In this document: in pieces, positions 11,158-24,242 of the stretch | Layout of the letters: every line of letters begins with the position of its first letter | Numbering within the stretch: the first letter of the stretch is position 1 | Assembly: GCA_043228905.1 (NCBI GenBank) | Contig: JBHGNT010000006.1 | Span: 19,716,001 to 19,780,000 of the forward strand | DNA from: Azolla caroliniana | Taxonomy: Eukaryota > Plantae > Polypodiophyta | Direction: 5' to 3' | DNA: 64,000 nt | Made by a program: the position numbers and the translations under genes | The notes under the pieces: model-generated | Database searches by the model: none | What the model was told of the DNA's origin: nothing | The model's input: only the letters and a program-made list of their open reading frames with translations

Positions 11158-12932
11158 TGTCGTGAAAATCCGTCACTATGTGTGGATCGTGAGGCGGAAC
11201 GGCCGGGGTTATGGATGGGAAGAAAATAGGGTTCACACACACAACACAAGGAAGACTTACACAAACAAGGCACGAGTATTCGAACGTGTTTGTGAAAAGG
11301 AGAGGTGCATGGGCAAGCCCGAATCAACCCCTAGTCACAAGGCGAACGAATTCATGTGAGGAAGGCTTACACACGAACACATGAGGAAAAGGCTTACTTA
11401 CACACACGAGAGACAGAGTTTCGAATGCCTTTGTGAAAAGAGAGGTGCATGGCCAAGCCCGAACGCTCCCTCATTACAAGACACGCGAACACACAAGGAA
11501 AAGGCTTACTTACACACACGAGAGATAGAGTTTCGAATGCCTTTGTGAAAAGGGAGGTGCATGGCCAAGCCCAAACGCTCCCTCGTTACAAGGCACGCGA
11601 ACACACAAGGAAAAGGCTTACTTACACACACGAGAGACAGAGTTTCGAATGCCTTTGTGAAAAGAGAGGTGCATGGCCAAGCCCGAACGCTCCCTCGTTA
11701 CAAGACACGCGAACACACAAGGAAAAGGCTTACTTACACACACGAGATACAGAATTTCGAATGCCTTTGTGAAAAGAGAGGTGCATGGCCAAGCCCGAAC
11801 ACTCCCTTGTTACAAGACATGCAAACACACAAGCAAGTTTTACACACGGAAGACACAATTTCGAACGCCTTTGTGAAATGAGAGGTGCATGGGCGAGCCC
11901 AAACACTCCCTTGCCACAAGTCGCACGAACACACAAGCAAGATTTACACTAACACGCAAGACATGAAGTTTGAATGCTTTTGTGAAAGGAGAAGTGCATG
12001 GGCAAGCCCGAAACGCTCCCTTGTCACAAGACACACAAACAAATAAGCACAAATAACAATAACATATAAGATACGTAAGTTTGAATGCCTTTGTGAAAGG
12101 AAAGGTGCATGGGCAAACCCGAAATGCTCCCTTGTCACAAGACACACAAAAAAATAAGCACAAATGACGATAACATATAAGACACGTAGGTAAAACCAAA
12201 CATTAGTTTATTACAATATAATAGATTCTTTTATAAAATAAGAATCAATTTTACAACATGTTTGATATGATAATGAGAGATAATTTATATAGGAAAGAGG
12301 AAGAGAGGTGGAGGAAAGAAGAGAGTGGAATATAGAGCTTTGTTGATTCTTTGTTGATGATGCCTCTCAATGTTGTTGATCCTTCTTCTTTTGCCTTCCA
12401 ATTGAGTAGAGAGTCCGCGTTCCTTCTCCCTCCCCCCCTTCTTCACTACAATAGGCTCTTATTTGTAGGTTTAGGATTGTTTGCCTTTTTCCCCTAAAAA
12501 AAAGCTTGTCTATATTAGTCGACTTTTCTTTTCCTCACTATCTCTATTTTCTAGCCCCAAATTTCACATGCAAGATATTCGTGGAAATCTCTTTGGGTTA
12601 GCTTTCTTATGCATCTTTTCTTTTCTAATTTGGACATCTGACCAGGAAATTATGGGCTTTTGTCTCTACTATGCCCCTCATATCCACGCGTGCTTTTTTT
12701 TTTCTCTCCATCTTTTTGTCTACTTTTGAAAACCGTCTCTAACTTAATATTCATCATTATTTATTGTAAGGTTCAATCCTTTGACCTTTTATTTATAAGG
12801 AATTATATTTGGCAAAATGAAAAAGTATTTTTGCTACTAATAAAATTGACTTCATAATACTAGTTTATTTAAACTACTATTTTGCTTCTTTTTTAGGGTG
12901 GTTTCACAGTATGTGTTAGAAACATCACCACA
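11158..12932 (-). mobile_element. Gypsy solo LTR (1775 bp) with 4-bp TSD ACGT
   Basis: Termini TGTGGTG...CACGACA on minus strand; ACGT at 11154-11157 and 12933-12936; U5 end resembles the other Gypsy LTRs; host frame restored on removal. Confidence 0.8.
11260..12190. repeat. ~112-bp tandem array, about 8 copies, inside the solo LTR
   Basis: TTCGAATGCCTTTGTGAAAAGAGAGGTGCATGGCCAAGCCCGAACGCTCCC recurs at about 11420, 11532, 11644 and 11756, with more diverged copies at both ends. Confidence 0.9.
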
Positions 12933-13189
12933 ACGTTGATTCTACTTCTGCCTCCTCCGGCTCTGTGTCATCTTCATCTTTGTTCACTGGTATAGTGTGT
13001 CCTGAGTCGACTGGAGAGGGTGGTTTGTCGATGTTTGGCCCTAATTCTCCAGTCTGTTGTTGTCGCTCTCGTTCATGTGCATCTAGTTGTACAGTAGTGT
13101 CGATCTAATGGTCGTCATATTCCTCCATAAGGCGTGTAATCTCCTCCCGGTGGCTTGTAGCAAGGTCATACATATCTCGGGCAAGGTCT

Positions 13190-16103
13190 TGACGGGAACT
13201 CAACGCTCCTTATGCACAATGCTCGGCCACAACCGAGCTTAGAATCATACACAGAAAATGGGAAATAATGAACGACACGAAGAGGAGACAAGTACGCAGG
13301 ATGTTTACGTAGAAAACCCAAACTAAGGGGAAACACCATGGCAGTCCACAGGCTGCAAACTATCACTATGTTAGAATGTACAACAGTGAGTTCACAGAGG
13401 CAACAACCTCGTGCTCACGATCTTCGCCACAGGCGGCGGTTACAACAGAGGCAACGACCTCTTTCTCTCTTTCTCTCTCTCTCTGTACACAGTTACGCGC
13501 TCTCTCTTTTCTTGTACCAACAAGAAATGACAACAACAACTAAACGTTTGCCCTAAGTCATATTTATACTAATACGACTTTTCGGCTATTTACAAATGTA
13601 GCCACGATGGACTCTCAGAAACATATTTACAAATATGTCTCTTCATCCGGAGAGCATTCCTCACCGGGTCTACACCATCCGGCTCTTCGTAGCCGGGTAC
13701 TCCTCATCCGGTTCTCACCAGGTCAGCACCATCCGACTCTCCGTAGCCGGGTACTCCTCATCCGGTTCTCACCGGGTCTGCACCATCCGGAGGGACCTGT
13801 CTCCCAACAAACTCCCCCTTCACTCCCGAACACCTTCAGATGCTGGTAGGATACTTCCTTATTGGTCCAGACCCTCTGTGGCGTGTCTCCGTCCAAGGGT
13901 ACTGAGGGTGATCTATTTATCACATATGTCGTCGTCGATAATGCCTCAGGCCAAAACTTCTTGGGTAGTTTTGCATGCGCTAGCATACTCCAGACCCTCT
14001 CCATTATGGTCTGGTTCATCCTCTCGGCCAGTCCGTTTAGTTCCGACGTCTTCGGCACGGTAAATTCGAGCCGGATTCCCTTCGAGCAGCAGTACTCCTC
14101 GAACTGCCCCCGGTATTCTCCTCCGTTATCTGCTCGAACCGCCTTCAGCTTCCGGTCGGTTTCTCTTTCCACTCTGGCGTGGAGCTCTTTGAAGACGGAT
14201 AGCACCTGATCCTTCGTCTTCAACGGTGTGGCCCACAGCTTCCGGCTGTGGTCATCTATGAACGTCACGAAGTACTGCGCTCCGGCATGTGACTTCGTGT
14301 CTACTTGACACACATCCGTATGCACCAACTCCAGTGGTGCATTACGTCTCATCGGTGGCCTTGGTCAGAAGGAGGTCCGGTTTTGTTTACCGGCCAGACA
14401 ATCAGTGCACTTCTCCAAGTGCACGTTCTTCACTAGAATGAGGTTGTCGTCTGCAAGCCTCTTCATCCCCTTCTCGCTCATATGACATAGTCTCTTGTGC
14501 CACAGCTCACCAGCAGTGTCGGATGCCAGGTTCACTTCTTCCGGACATAACCGAGCATTCATCAAGTACAGTGTGTTGAACTTCCGGGCCCTAGCCACAA
14601 TCAGGCTCCCTTTGCTGAACTTCATGACACCGTTCCGGATGCTACCCGTGTAGCCTTCATCATCTAGCCGACCGGCTGATATCAGGTTCAGACGAACCTC
14701 TGGAACGTGTTGGACATCCTTCAGCAGCAACTTGCATCCGGTTGGTGTTGACAGGCACACGTCTCCTATGCCGACAATTCGGCATGTACCTTCATTCCCC
14801 ATCCGGACACAGCTGTGATCACCGGTTGAGTAGGATGAGAAGCATTTCCGGTCCGGGGTAAGGTGGAACGATGCTCCGGAGTCTACCACCCAGGTCATCT
14901 CGTCGCCGGCAAGGTTTATCTCACTCTCCTCGGAGATGAGCATCAACTCTTCTTCACTTGCCGCGATTGCCGTCGTTCCCTTCCGGTCTGTTCCCCACCG
15001 GTCTTTACCGTTCCGGTCCGGGGTCCGCTTCAAATCGGTACCGTCGGTTTCCTTGTCTTTACGGAAATGCCGACAGTTCTTTTGGAAGTGTCCCGGCTTG
15101 CCGCAATAGAAGCAAGTAGGCCTCCCCCTTGACTTTGACCGTGTCCCCGACTTCTCCCGGTTTTGGGGACTACGGTTTCTCTGTCTTCCGCGTTCCGATT
15201 CGGTAAGGAGCGCTTTGGAGTCGGAGCTCGTATCTTTATCTTTCCGACGCGCCTCCTCATCTAGCAAGCTCAACTTTACTCTTGCTAGGGATAACTGCTT
15301 TCCTTCCGGCCCGGCGTTGCCCAAAGTGACAACCAACGTCTCCCAGCTATCCGGGAGGGAACCGAGCAAGAGTAGCGCTAGTACCTCATCGGCGAGAGGT
15401 ACTTCCAATGATGTTGCCTGGTGGATCAGCCCCTGGAAGGCATTCATGTGCTCCGCCATGCTGGAGCCATCTTGGTACCGGAGTCTTACTAGCTTCCGGA
15501 ATACTGAAACCTAATTAACAACATTTTTGTTTTGAAACATTATGTTGATCTTCTCCCAGAGCTCATGAGCCTTGCTCTCTTCATTGAAGTTGTTGTATAG
15601 GCTCATGTTGATGAAGCACCGTATGTACGCCGTTTTCTTCATGTGCATCACCTCCCATATCGCAGCATTGATTTTGTCCGGTCTCTTGTCCCCGAACTGA
15701 ATCGGCAGCTAGAGGTCTTTAACCACGAGCATGTCCCTCATCTTCGACTTCCACACTGAATAGTTTGAGCCGGTGAGCTTGAACATGCCACCAAACGATT
15801 CGTCCATTTTCTGTGTCGTTTCGCTCTAATACCACTTGACGGGAACTCAACGCTCCTTATGCACAACGCTCGGCCACAACCGAGCTTAGAATCATACACA
15901 GAAAACGGGAAATAATGAACGACACGAAGAGGAGACGAGTATGCAGGATGTTTACGTGGAAAACCCAATCTAAGGGGAAAAACCACGGCAGCCCACAGGC
16001 TGCAAACTATCACTATGTTAGAATGTACAACAGTGAGTTCACGGAGGCAACAACCTCGTGCTCACGATCTTCGCCACAGGCGGCGGTTACAACAGAGGCA
16101 ACG

Positions 16104-16148
<45 letters not shown>

Positions 16149-16416
16149 CACAGTTACGCGCTCTCTCTTTTCTTGAACCAACAAGAAATGACAACAACAA
16201 CTAAACGTTTGCCCTAAGTCATATTTATACTAATATGACTTTTCGGCTATTTACAAATGTAGCCACGATGGACTCTCAGAAACATATTTACAAATATGTC
16301 TCTTCATCCGGAGAGCATTCCTCACCGAGTCTGCACCATCCGGCTCTCCGTAGCCAGGTACTCCTCATCCGGTTCTCACCGGGTCTGCACCATCCGGAGG
16401 GACCTGTCTCCCAACA
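13190..16416 (-). mobile_element. Internally deleted Ty1/Copia element D (gag-PR-INT only, no RT/RNase H); LTRs 13190-13809 and 15837-16416; TSD GGTCT
   Basis: Paired LTRs TGACGGG...CCCAACA; PBS TGGTATTAGAGC; PPT AAGGGGGAGTT; zinc knuckle CFYCGKPGHFQKNC, protease DSGAS, integrase ending HLKVFG directly at the PPT. Confidence 0.95.
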
Positions 16417-16425
16417 GGTCTTCCT

Positions 16426-16515
16426 TGTTGGGGACAAGGTTGTCATTGTGGAAGAACAAACAACATCTGTGATGTTGAAGGACTTGTGTATGAGAATAAA
16501 CAAGGTACACACATA

Positions 16516-16555
<40 letters not shown>

Positions 16556-19500
16556 CACAAAGAAACGTTTTATTTCTTAATAGCAACAGTTACAAAATGA
16601 CCACCACCACACACTAAGGGTTACAAAGTCACTTTATATAGTGACTATCCTAGGGCAACTACCCTTTATGCTATTTACAGAAATAGCCCAAACTTGGGTT
16701 GTCCAAAGGGACAGTGTGAATACGGCCATTATACACTCATATTCGACACTCCCCTATAATGGGCGTATACATGGGTTATCTGAAATTACAGGTATATACA
16801 AGGTTTATCGGACATATCGGTTTTGTTCGAGTCGGCAAGATTTGAAGACAGAAGACCGAATCGGTCGGGTCGGAAGAGCTGAAGTTGATCCTCAAAGAAC
16901 CGATGTTGGTTGTCCGAAACCATCTTGTGTTGTGTGTCCGACTTTAACTGGACCGATTTTTCATTATGCCCATCTGGTGCCGAAGGGACCGGAAGCGATC
17001 CGCCGAAAGACACTTGGTCATTCCATCTGCGACATTATCGGTTGTGGATATCTTCTCGAGACCGATTTTCCCTGAAATGACGCAGTCCCGAACAAAGTGA
17101 TATCGAATGTCAATATGCTTGGAGGTGTTGTGTTGAACCGGATTTTTTGACAAAGCAATAGCACTCTAATTGTCATTGTAGAAAACTGGAGCCGCGTCGA
17201 AGTCGACTTGTCGAAACGTGTGCACCAGCCGACCGAGCCATAAAGCTTCTTTTGTCGCATCGGACGTAGCTACATATTCCTCTTCGGTCGGTGAGGTGGT
17301 TGTGCACTCGTGAAGTTTTGACTTCCACGAGATTGCTCCATTGCCGAATTTGAAACAATATCCGGTTGTTGATTTCCGACTGTCCACACTGCTGGCGAAG
17401 TCCGAGTCGGTGTAACCGACTACGCCTGAGGTTGAGTTCGGGCCAAAAAGAATGTCGTGGTCTTTTGTGCCAGCTAGATATCTGAACACATGCTTGACTG
17501 CGTTCCAGTGCGATCAGCCTGGGTTGTGCATGAATCTGCTGACGACTCCTACGGCGTGAGAGATATCAAGTTGTGTCGCGACCATCGCGTACATAAGGGA
17601 GCCGACTGTCGGTGCATACGGTACCGACTTCATATCTTCCCCCTCCAAACCGGATGTCGGGCAGTCTCGCTGAGACAGCCGAAGGTTAATGGGGAGTGGT
17701 GTCGAAGCAGACTTGGCCGAGTGCATGTTGAAGCGTTCCAAGACACGTCCAATGTAGTCAGTTTGAGACAAGAAAAGTTGTCTTTATCGCGATGCCGGCT
17801 AATCTTCATACCAAGTATGCGCCTTGCCGGACCGAGGTCCTTCATGGCAAACTTCAACTGCAGTTTCCGAACGAGTTCGGTGAGCTCTCTGGCATGTCGG
17901 CTGGAGAGTAGCATGTTGTCCACGTAAATGATGAGGAAGATGGGAGACCCGTCTTGAGCTGTTTTGGTGAAGAAACAGTGGTCCTCATCACTCTTGGAGA
18001 AGCTGACCAACTGGATGAAGTCGTCGAACTTCTTGTACCACTGTCCGGGTGCCTATTTCAGGCCGTATAAACTCTTCATGAGTTAGTAGACTAGATGTTC
18101 CTGGCCGGATGCCACAAAGCCTTTCGGCTGTTCCATATAGATTTCCTCCTGTAGGTCACTGTGGAGGAATGTCTTTTTTACATCTAGCTGAATCACCTCC
18201 AAGTTGTCGGCGGCCACGATGCCAAGCATGAAACGAAGGGTTGTCATTTTCACCACTGGTGAAAAGATTTCGTCGAAGTCAACGCCATATTCTTGTCGAA
18301 ATCCCTTCGCAACTAATCTGGCCTTGTACTTTGGGTTGGTCGAGTCAAACGTCTCTTTTAGTCGATAGACCCACTTACACAGAAGAGCACATTGATTCTT
18401 CGGTAATTCGACCAAGTCCCAAGTCTTGTTTGCGTGAATGGAGTGCATTTCCAACTTCATCGCCAGATGCCAGGTGGCTGAGTCGGCAGATGTCGATGCT
18501 TCTTCGTAAGACGTCGGTTTGTCGGCGTCGGTAAAGAAGACTCCGGGAGAGTACCTTTCCAGAGGTTGCGACAATCTCTCAGATCTTCGAGGTATGACTG
18601 AATTGGTCGCACCGGGTATAGGTGTCGTATGGTCAGAAATCGAGCCATTCGGCTGTGCTGAATTGGTGGATTCAGGACGGGAGGTGTCGGTTACCCGTGA
18701 AACCAATCTCGTGTTGTGGGTTGGGCCTTCATGAAGGGTTGGCACTTCAAAAAATATTACCCTTCGGACTTCAATAGGCCTTTCGGCCGTTTTATGCATT
18801 GCCGACTCGTTGAACACAACGTCCGAACTTCGGACGATTTCTCTGTGCTTGGGGTCCCAGAGTCGGTACATCCGATCTCGCCGTCGGGTTCATATCCAAG
18901 GAAAACACATTTCCTTGATCTTGGTTCGAGTTTCCGACAGTCATCCTTCGGTATGAGGGCATACGCCTCGCAGCTAAAGATCCTCAGCTTGTCATAATTC
19001 AGCTTACTGCCGGTCCATGTTTTCTGAGGTATTTTAAGTCCTAGAGGTCTACTTGGCGACATATTTATTATCTGTACTGCCGTAAGTAGAGCCTCCACCC
19101 AGAAGCCATCCGACAGTCCAAAGTGTTGGAGCATGGATATTATGCGTTCTTGAATCGTCTGATTCATGCGTTCAGCAATTCCGTTCTGCTCCGGACTATA
19201 GGGTGCCATATATTCACGTCGAATGCCGAGTTCCTAGCAAAATTTGACGAATTCATCAGACTTGAATTCTCCTCCATTATCGGTTCGGAGATATTTTAGT
19301 TTCCAACCGGTCTGGTTTTCAACCATTGCAAGCCATTTGGAGAAGATGGAGAACACCCGATCTTTGGTTCTAATGGGGTAAGCTCACACCTTCCGAGTCG
19401 AGTCGTCAATAAAATTGACAAAGTACGAAGCACCACCAAGAGACTGATGTGGCATCAGGCCACAGACGTCTAAGTGGACCAAATCAAGGGGACTCGATTC

Positions 19501-21790
19501 TCTTGGTGTTGATGTCGAGTGTGATGCGGCTACCTGTTTGCCGTACTGGCAATGCTCACAGAAGTGGTGATCCGAGAAGGAGAGCTTGGGGATGTAACCG
19601 GCTCTGGATAGGTGTGTTATGCTGGCCTTGCTGAGGTGTCCAAGTCGTTTGTGCCATAATGATGACATGGGGATATCAACCAAAAATAAGTCACCCTCTT
19701 TGAGTGTGACAAATAAAGGGTACAAAGAGTGTACCTTTGGTCCTCGAGCAAGCAGGAGGTTCCCTTTGTGGAGTGTCCACCCTCCTGATGAGAACACGGC
19801 ATGGATGCCGGCTTCGTCAAGTTGTACGACTGAGATCAAGGGTCTTGAAAGCTTAGGAATGTGTCGGACATTGTGTAGTACGAGTGTAGAACCACCCGGA
19901 AGGTTGAGCTCTATGGTGCCGATTCCGATTATGGCACAGTGTTGCGAGTTCCCGACTTGAACTGAATCGGACTGCCGGTCCAAGTATTGCCGAAACTGAG
20001 ATCGTTGAGGTGTCACATGATACAATGCGCCCGAGTCTAGGAGCCATGTGCTCGATTCCTTAGTTGTAAGCAGAACTTCTATTTTGACTGGGTTCTCTAT
20101 GGACAGTATGTTCGGGTCGGTCGTCAAAATTTCGGCTGAAGAGCCGATGTAGTTGACCTCCTCATGTCGGCTACTCTCCTGATCCGCTCTTTGAGCTTTG
20201 TCGGTTTTTGCTTTGAGTGCCCGGCAGTCAGCTTTGATGTGTCCCGGTTTCTTGCAGTAGTTGTAGATTCAGTTGTCCTGGGACTTGCTCCGACTTCGCT
20301 GATTGTTCGGCGGTCGGGAAGAACTTCTTCCTCGGTTGTTCGAGTGGTCGGTCGAACCTTGTACTACGTAAGCTTCATCTCTCGAGTCTTTGGCAAAAGA
20401 CTTTCTCCGAGCTACTTCAGTCAGGATTGTGCTTGTGATTTCGGAGTACTTAATGGCAGTTGTTGAAGCATTGCACACGATTGTGACGAAAGTTTTCCAA
20501 GAAGAGGGGAGACTACTCATGAGTATCATTGCTCTGAGTTCGTCCTCTATTGTCGTCCCCTGAGATGATATTTGGGAGCTCAAGCTTTCGTACTCGTTGA
20601 GTTGCGCCTGAACCGAATCGGATTCTTTCATCCACAAGTTGTAGAGGCACCGGATCAGATACATCTTCGTTGCGACGACCTTCTTTTCATAAGTTTCTGA
20701 CAGTGTTTTCCAAAGTTCAAAAGCTGTCGAGCATGATTGCACTGTGAAGTACACTGATTCCGACAAGTGCATCTGAATTGTGGCGCGGACGATTCTGTCC
20801 AGCTTTAGCCACTCGTTTGCTTTGTATGATTCTGGAGGATTTTCATTCTCAATCGGGTCTATCTAACCCTTGACTATGAGATAGTCCTGCATTTGTTCCT
20901 TCCAGAAGTTGAAGTTCGAACCGTCGAACCTCCTTAGACTCATCTCCGATGAGCCGAATGTTGATACCATCTGATTCAGTTTCGGTTTATAAGACTCTAT
21001 TCGGAGTTGACTAGGAACCTTGGTGGGGTGCAGCCGGTCGGCTCACCCAATATCGTTCTAGTTGGTCTTGAACCCGAGTCGGTTTGGTTTTTGATACTTG
21101 TTTGCTGAACCTTCTTGGAGTGACTCCGGTTAGCTTCCGATTGTATGCTAAATACCGATCACAAGAAACCGATTGTTTAGGCTGATTCTGCTTCGGATGA
21201 TTGCAACGATGAGAGGGACGGATCCAACTGATCCTCCCGAATGTCGATCAGCCGAATGAAGCACGAATTTGGTTGTTGCCTGGAGACCAATCTCAAGTGG
21301 TTACAATCACAGGAACAGAGTACAGCCTGCTAGCTTACTCTAATTAGTGATTTAACACAGTAAGATGCATACTGCTTGTTTGTCTTCTCTCTTCTCTGTT
21401 CTTCAAGAAAAATAGAAACAAAATGTTGTGTGGTGTACTATGACGGCCGGCAGCGGGTTGAAGAACCTCCAATGCTCTGATACCAAATGTTGGGGACAAG
21501 GTCTTCAGTGCGGAAGAACAAACAACATCTGTGATGTTGAAGGACTTGTGTATGAGAATAAACAAGATACATAGAGAGAGAGAGAGAGAGAGAGAGGCAC
21601 AAAGAAACGTTTTATTTCTTAATAGCAACAGTTACAAAATGACCACCATCACACACTAAGGGTTACAAAGTCACTTTATATAGTGACTATCCTAGGGCAA
21701 CTACCCTTTATGCTATTTACAGAAATAGCCCAAACTTGGGCTGTCCAAAGGGACAGTGTGAATACGGCCATTATACACTCGTATTCGACA
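16426..21790 (-). mobile_element. Full-length decayed Ty1/Copia element E (Tork/Tnt1-like gag); LTRs 16426-16748 and 21488-21790; TSD TTCCT/CTCCT
   Basis: PBS TGGTATCAGAGC (21474-21485), PPT next to 16748; gag, DSGA protease, integrase, RT (YKARLVAKGF, YVDNML) and RNase H (KHIDIRYHF) fragments with stops and frameshifts. Confidence 0.95.
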
Positions 21791-23401
21791 CTCCTGGACA
21801 GTGGTTATAGCTGCGTCATCCATCTTGAAGAAACATGTGCCTTGCTTCATTCTGTTCTCCAGGTCGGCTAGGAGAAGTTGCAATTTGACCAATTGTGCCG
21901 ACCATGTCTTCTAGCCTTTTTCCAGGGAGTCAATTACCATTCTATGTGTTTGAGCCTTATGTGCCGACAAGATGAGGCACACTTTCTCCTCACCCATGCT
22001 CACTTGTAGCTAACTCTTTTCGCATTTCCGCCAAGTGAGCTTCCACCGACCCTTGGTCGAACATTAACTTCGCCTCTACCACCAGTAGTACTAGGCGTTT
22101 TTCTTCACCTCGAGCGCGTTGTACTTCTTGCTTAGTTCGTTTTTCTCTAGATCGAGTTGTGCTTTGTGGTGCTCGTACTCAATATGCATCCCTAACTTCT
22201 CGAGCACTAGCTTAGCCACTTGGTCAACATAATGTTCCTCCTGTATACGAACATACTCCTCCAAACATGTTCTCGTTCAGAAGTGGAAGGATCACGCACA
22301 ATTGGATAGATAGGGAATATTCCATTAGATTTCAGGGTTTTTTTAACCATCTCACAAAAATTGTGATACCTGTATCACATGTGCTTAAAGACTCAATGGA
22401 AAAGCTTAAAATATCACCATGTCATAAAATTGAAAATTCATGAAATTAGGCAAATGGAAGAATTTTACAACTCATGTTTTTTATAACAAACAATATTCAC
22501 AATGAGCGATTGATTTAAAAACAATTAAGCTTTATATCATTTGAGTTCTTACAAGCTTATGTTGTTAACCTTTCATGCCAAAAAATACAATCAAGAGTTA
22601 TTCCATCCATAAGAATCACTACTATAGAGCCTAGTATGAAATGGTGATTCATCCTCATCATCATTAGATGTACCAATCAAAGCATTGTCTTCATCTAAAA
22701 ACAAATATTGTGACTCCAAATCATGTGTAGAAGATCTGGTCCGCCTTTGATCTAAGAAGCCTTTGGAAGGATATGTTGTTTTGAAAAAAGATAATTCTAA
22801 TGCCTGATGGATATGGCGTTCGATTTGTATGCGGAAGTATGTGAGGACCTGTAGGTTATGTGCACAACAAACAACACAGAGACTATGACAAAGAAATAGA
22901 TGGAAACGTCGACACGGTTTGAAGCTCTAATGGAAGCTCTCGTTGTTCTGTAACTCTTACACTCTCAGAGACTCAAGATACAAGAAGATTCTCCTCAGTC
23001 GACATACAAGGTGACTTTCCTCCCCTGTCACAGAGAAGCTTGCCGGTTGAGACATGTAGATGTCTTCTTCTAGGTGTTCGTAGAGAAATGCCATCTTTAC
23101 GTCCATCTACTCAAGCTCTAGGTCTTATGTCGCAATGAACCCAAGTAGGAGCCGAAGGTAGTCATCTTGACTACTAGTGAGAATATCTCGTTGTAGTTGA
23201 CCCCATGTTCTTGTTTGAACCCTTTTGCGACGAGCCGAGCTTTGTATTTGGGCTTTACCAAATCAGATACATATTTGTACCTGAAGACCCATTTGCAAGG
23301 TACCGGCTTCCTTCCATCTAGTAGTTCGACCAACTCCCATGTCTGATTCTGATGAATTGAGTCCATCTCGGATTTCATGGCTTGTAGCCATATCTTGTCA
23401 T

Positions 23402-23525
23402 ATCTTGTTGATCACTATTTATCTATTTCGTCTCTTTCGTTCAAAATCCCAGCGATTCCATCATCACTTTCACATTATCTTTTGTTTACGCAACGCTACG
23501 CTTCTAGGTGATCCACGCCACGACA
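23402..23525 (+). mobile_element. Remnant 3' end of a Gypsy LTR (...CCACGCCACGACA)
   Basis: CACGACA terminus abutting the interrupted integrase of Copia G; left part lost. Confidence 0.55.
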
Positions 23526-24242
23526 ACGTAGTATCAGCAACCGCCGAATGTAGCCGTCTGAGCCGGACCCCATACATCGGATTGAACTATGTCGAGTACG
23601 CCTTTGCTCACGTTCCGCTCCTTCGAAAATGGGTGCCGATGTTGCTTGCCGATCTGGCAAGCGGCACACACGCCTTCAATCTCTTTCTCCTTGAATGTTG
23701 CTTGCCGAATTGGTACATGCAAGACATTTTCAATAAAAGTTGGGTTACCTTCTTTGCCGAATGGGATATTGCCGATGTGTCGAATCGGATGCGTAGTGTC
23801 ATCTCCAGTTTCGACATAGCTGGGTCGGTCCGGCTCTCGAAGTTCTCGGAACCATTCTTGAGGAGACGTCATATGGTTCGAGGCACCGGGGTCGACGAAC
23901 CATGCGTCTTCCAGACTAGATGTGTTATTCGAAGTAGAAGCCGACATAGAATTTTCTCTATGTTTCATCACGAATATTCCGCCATGGTCGTCATAGTCGG
24001 AGTTGGTGGCGTAATTGGTGAGTTGTTGGCTAGTGGAAGCCGACTCGCGCATCTTCTTACGACACTCTTCTTCGTGGTGGTTGATTTTTCTAAAATATCC
24101 GCATTCAACCGAGTTTCGTTGACTCAAACTGGAATGGAAGCTCCCCCTTCTTCCGAAGGTTCCTCGATGGCTTCCGTCTTGATGCCGAATTTGCGAGTTG
24201 TTTTCGTAAGTCGGGCCTCGTCCGCCTCGTCCTTGGCCAAAT

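Larger units (their letters stand above)
10957..22280 (-). pseudogene. Coiled-coil/acidic pseudo-ORF split by three insertions (pieces about 21791-22280, 16417-16425, 12933-13189, 10957-11157)
   Basis: Removing both Copias and the solo LTR with one TSD copy each restores one frame: ...LENRMKQ...TTVQ|EDLARDMY...EAEVEST|*RPK*EHHTTDIDARVEEPTLFDILNKEVSDDDE... Confidence 0.7.

Noticed and set aside
11260-12190. CRISPR array or 5S/tRNA gene array
   Set aside because: Contiguous tandem units with no unique spacers, no 5S or tRNA fold and no proper A/B boxes
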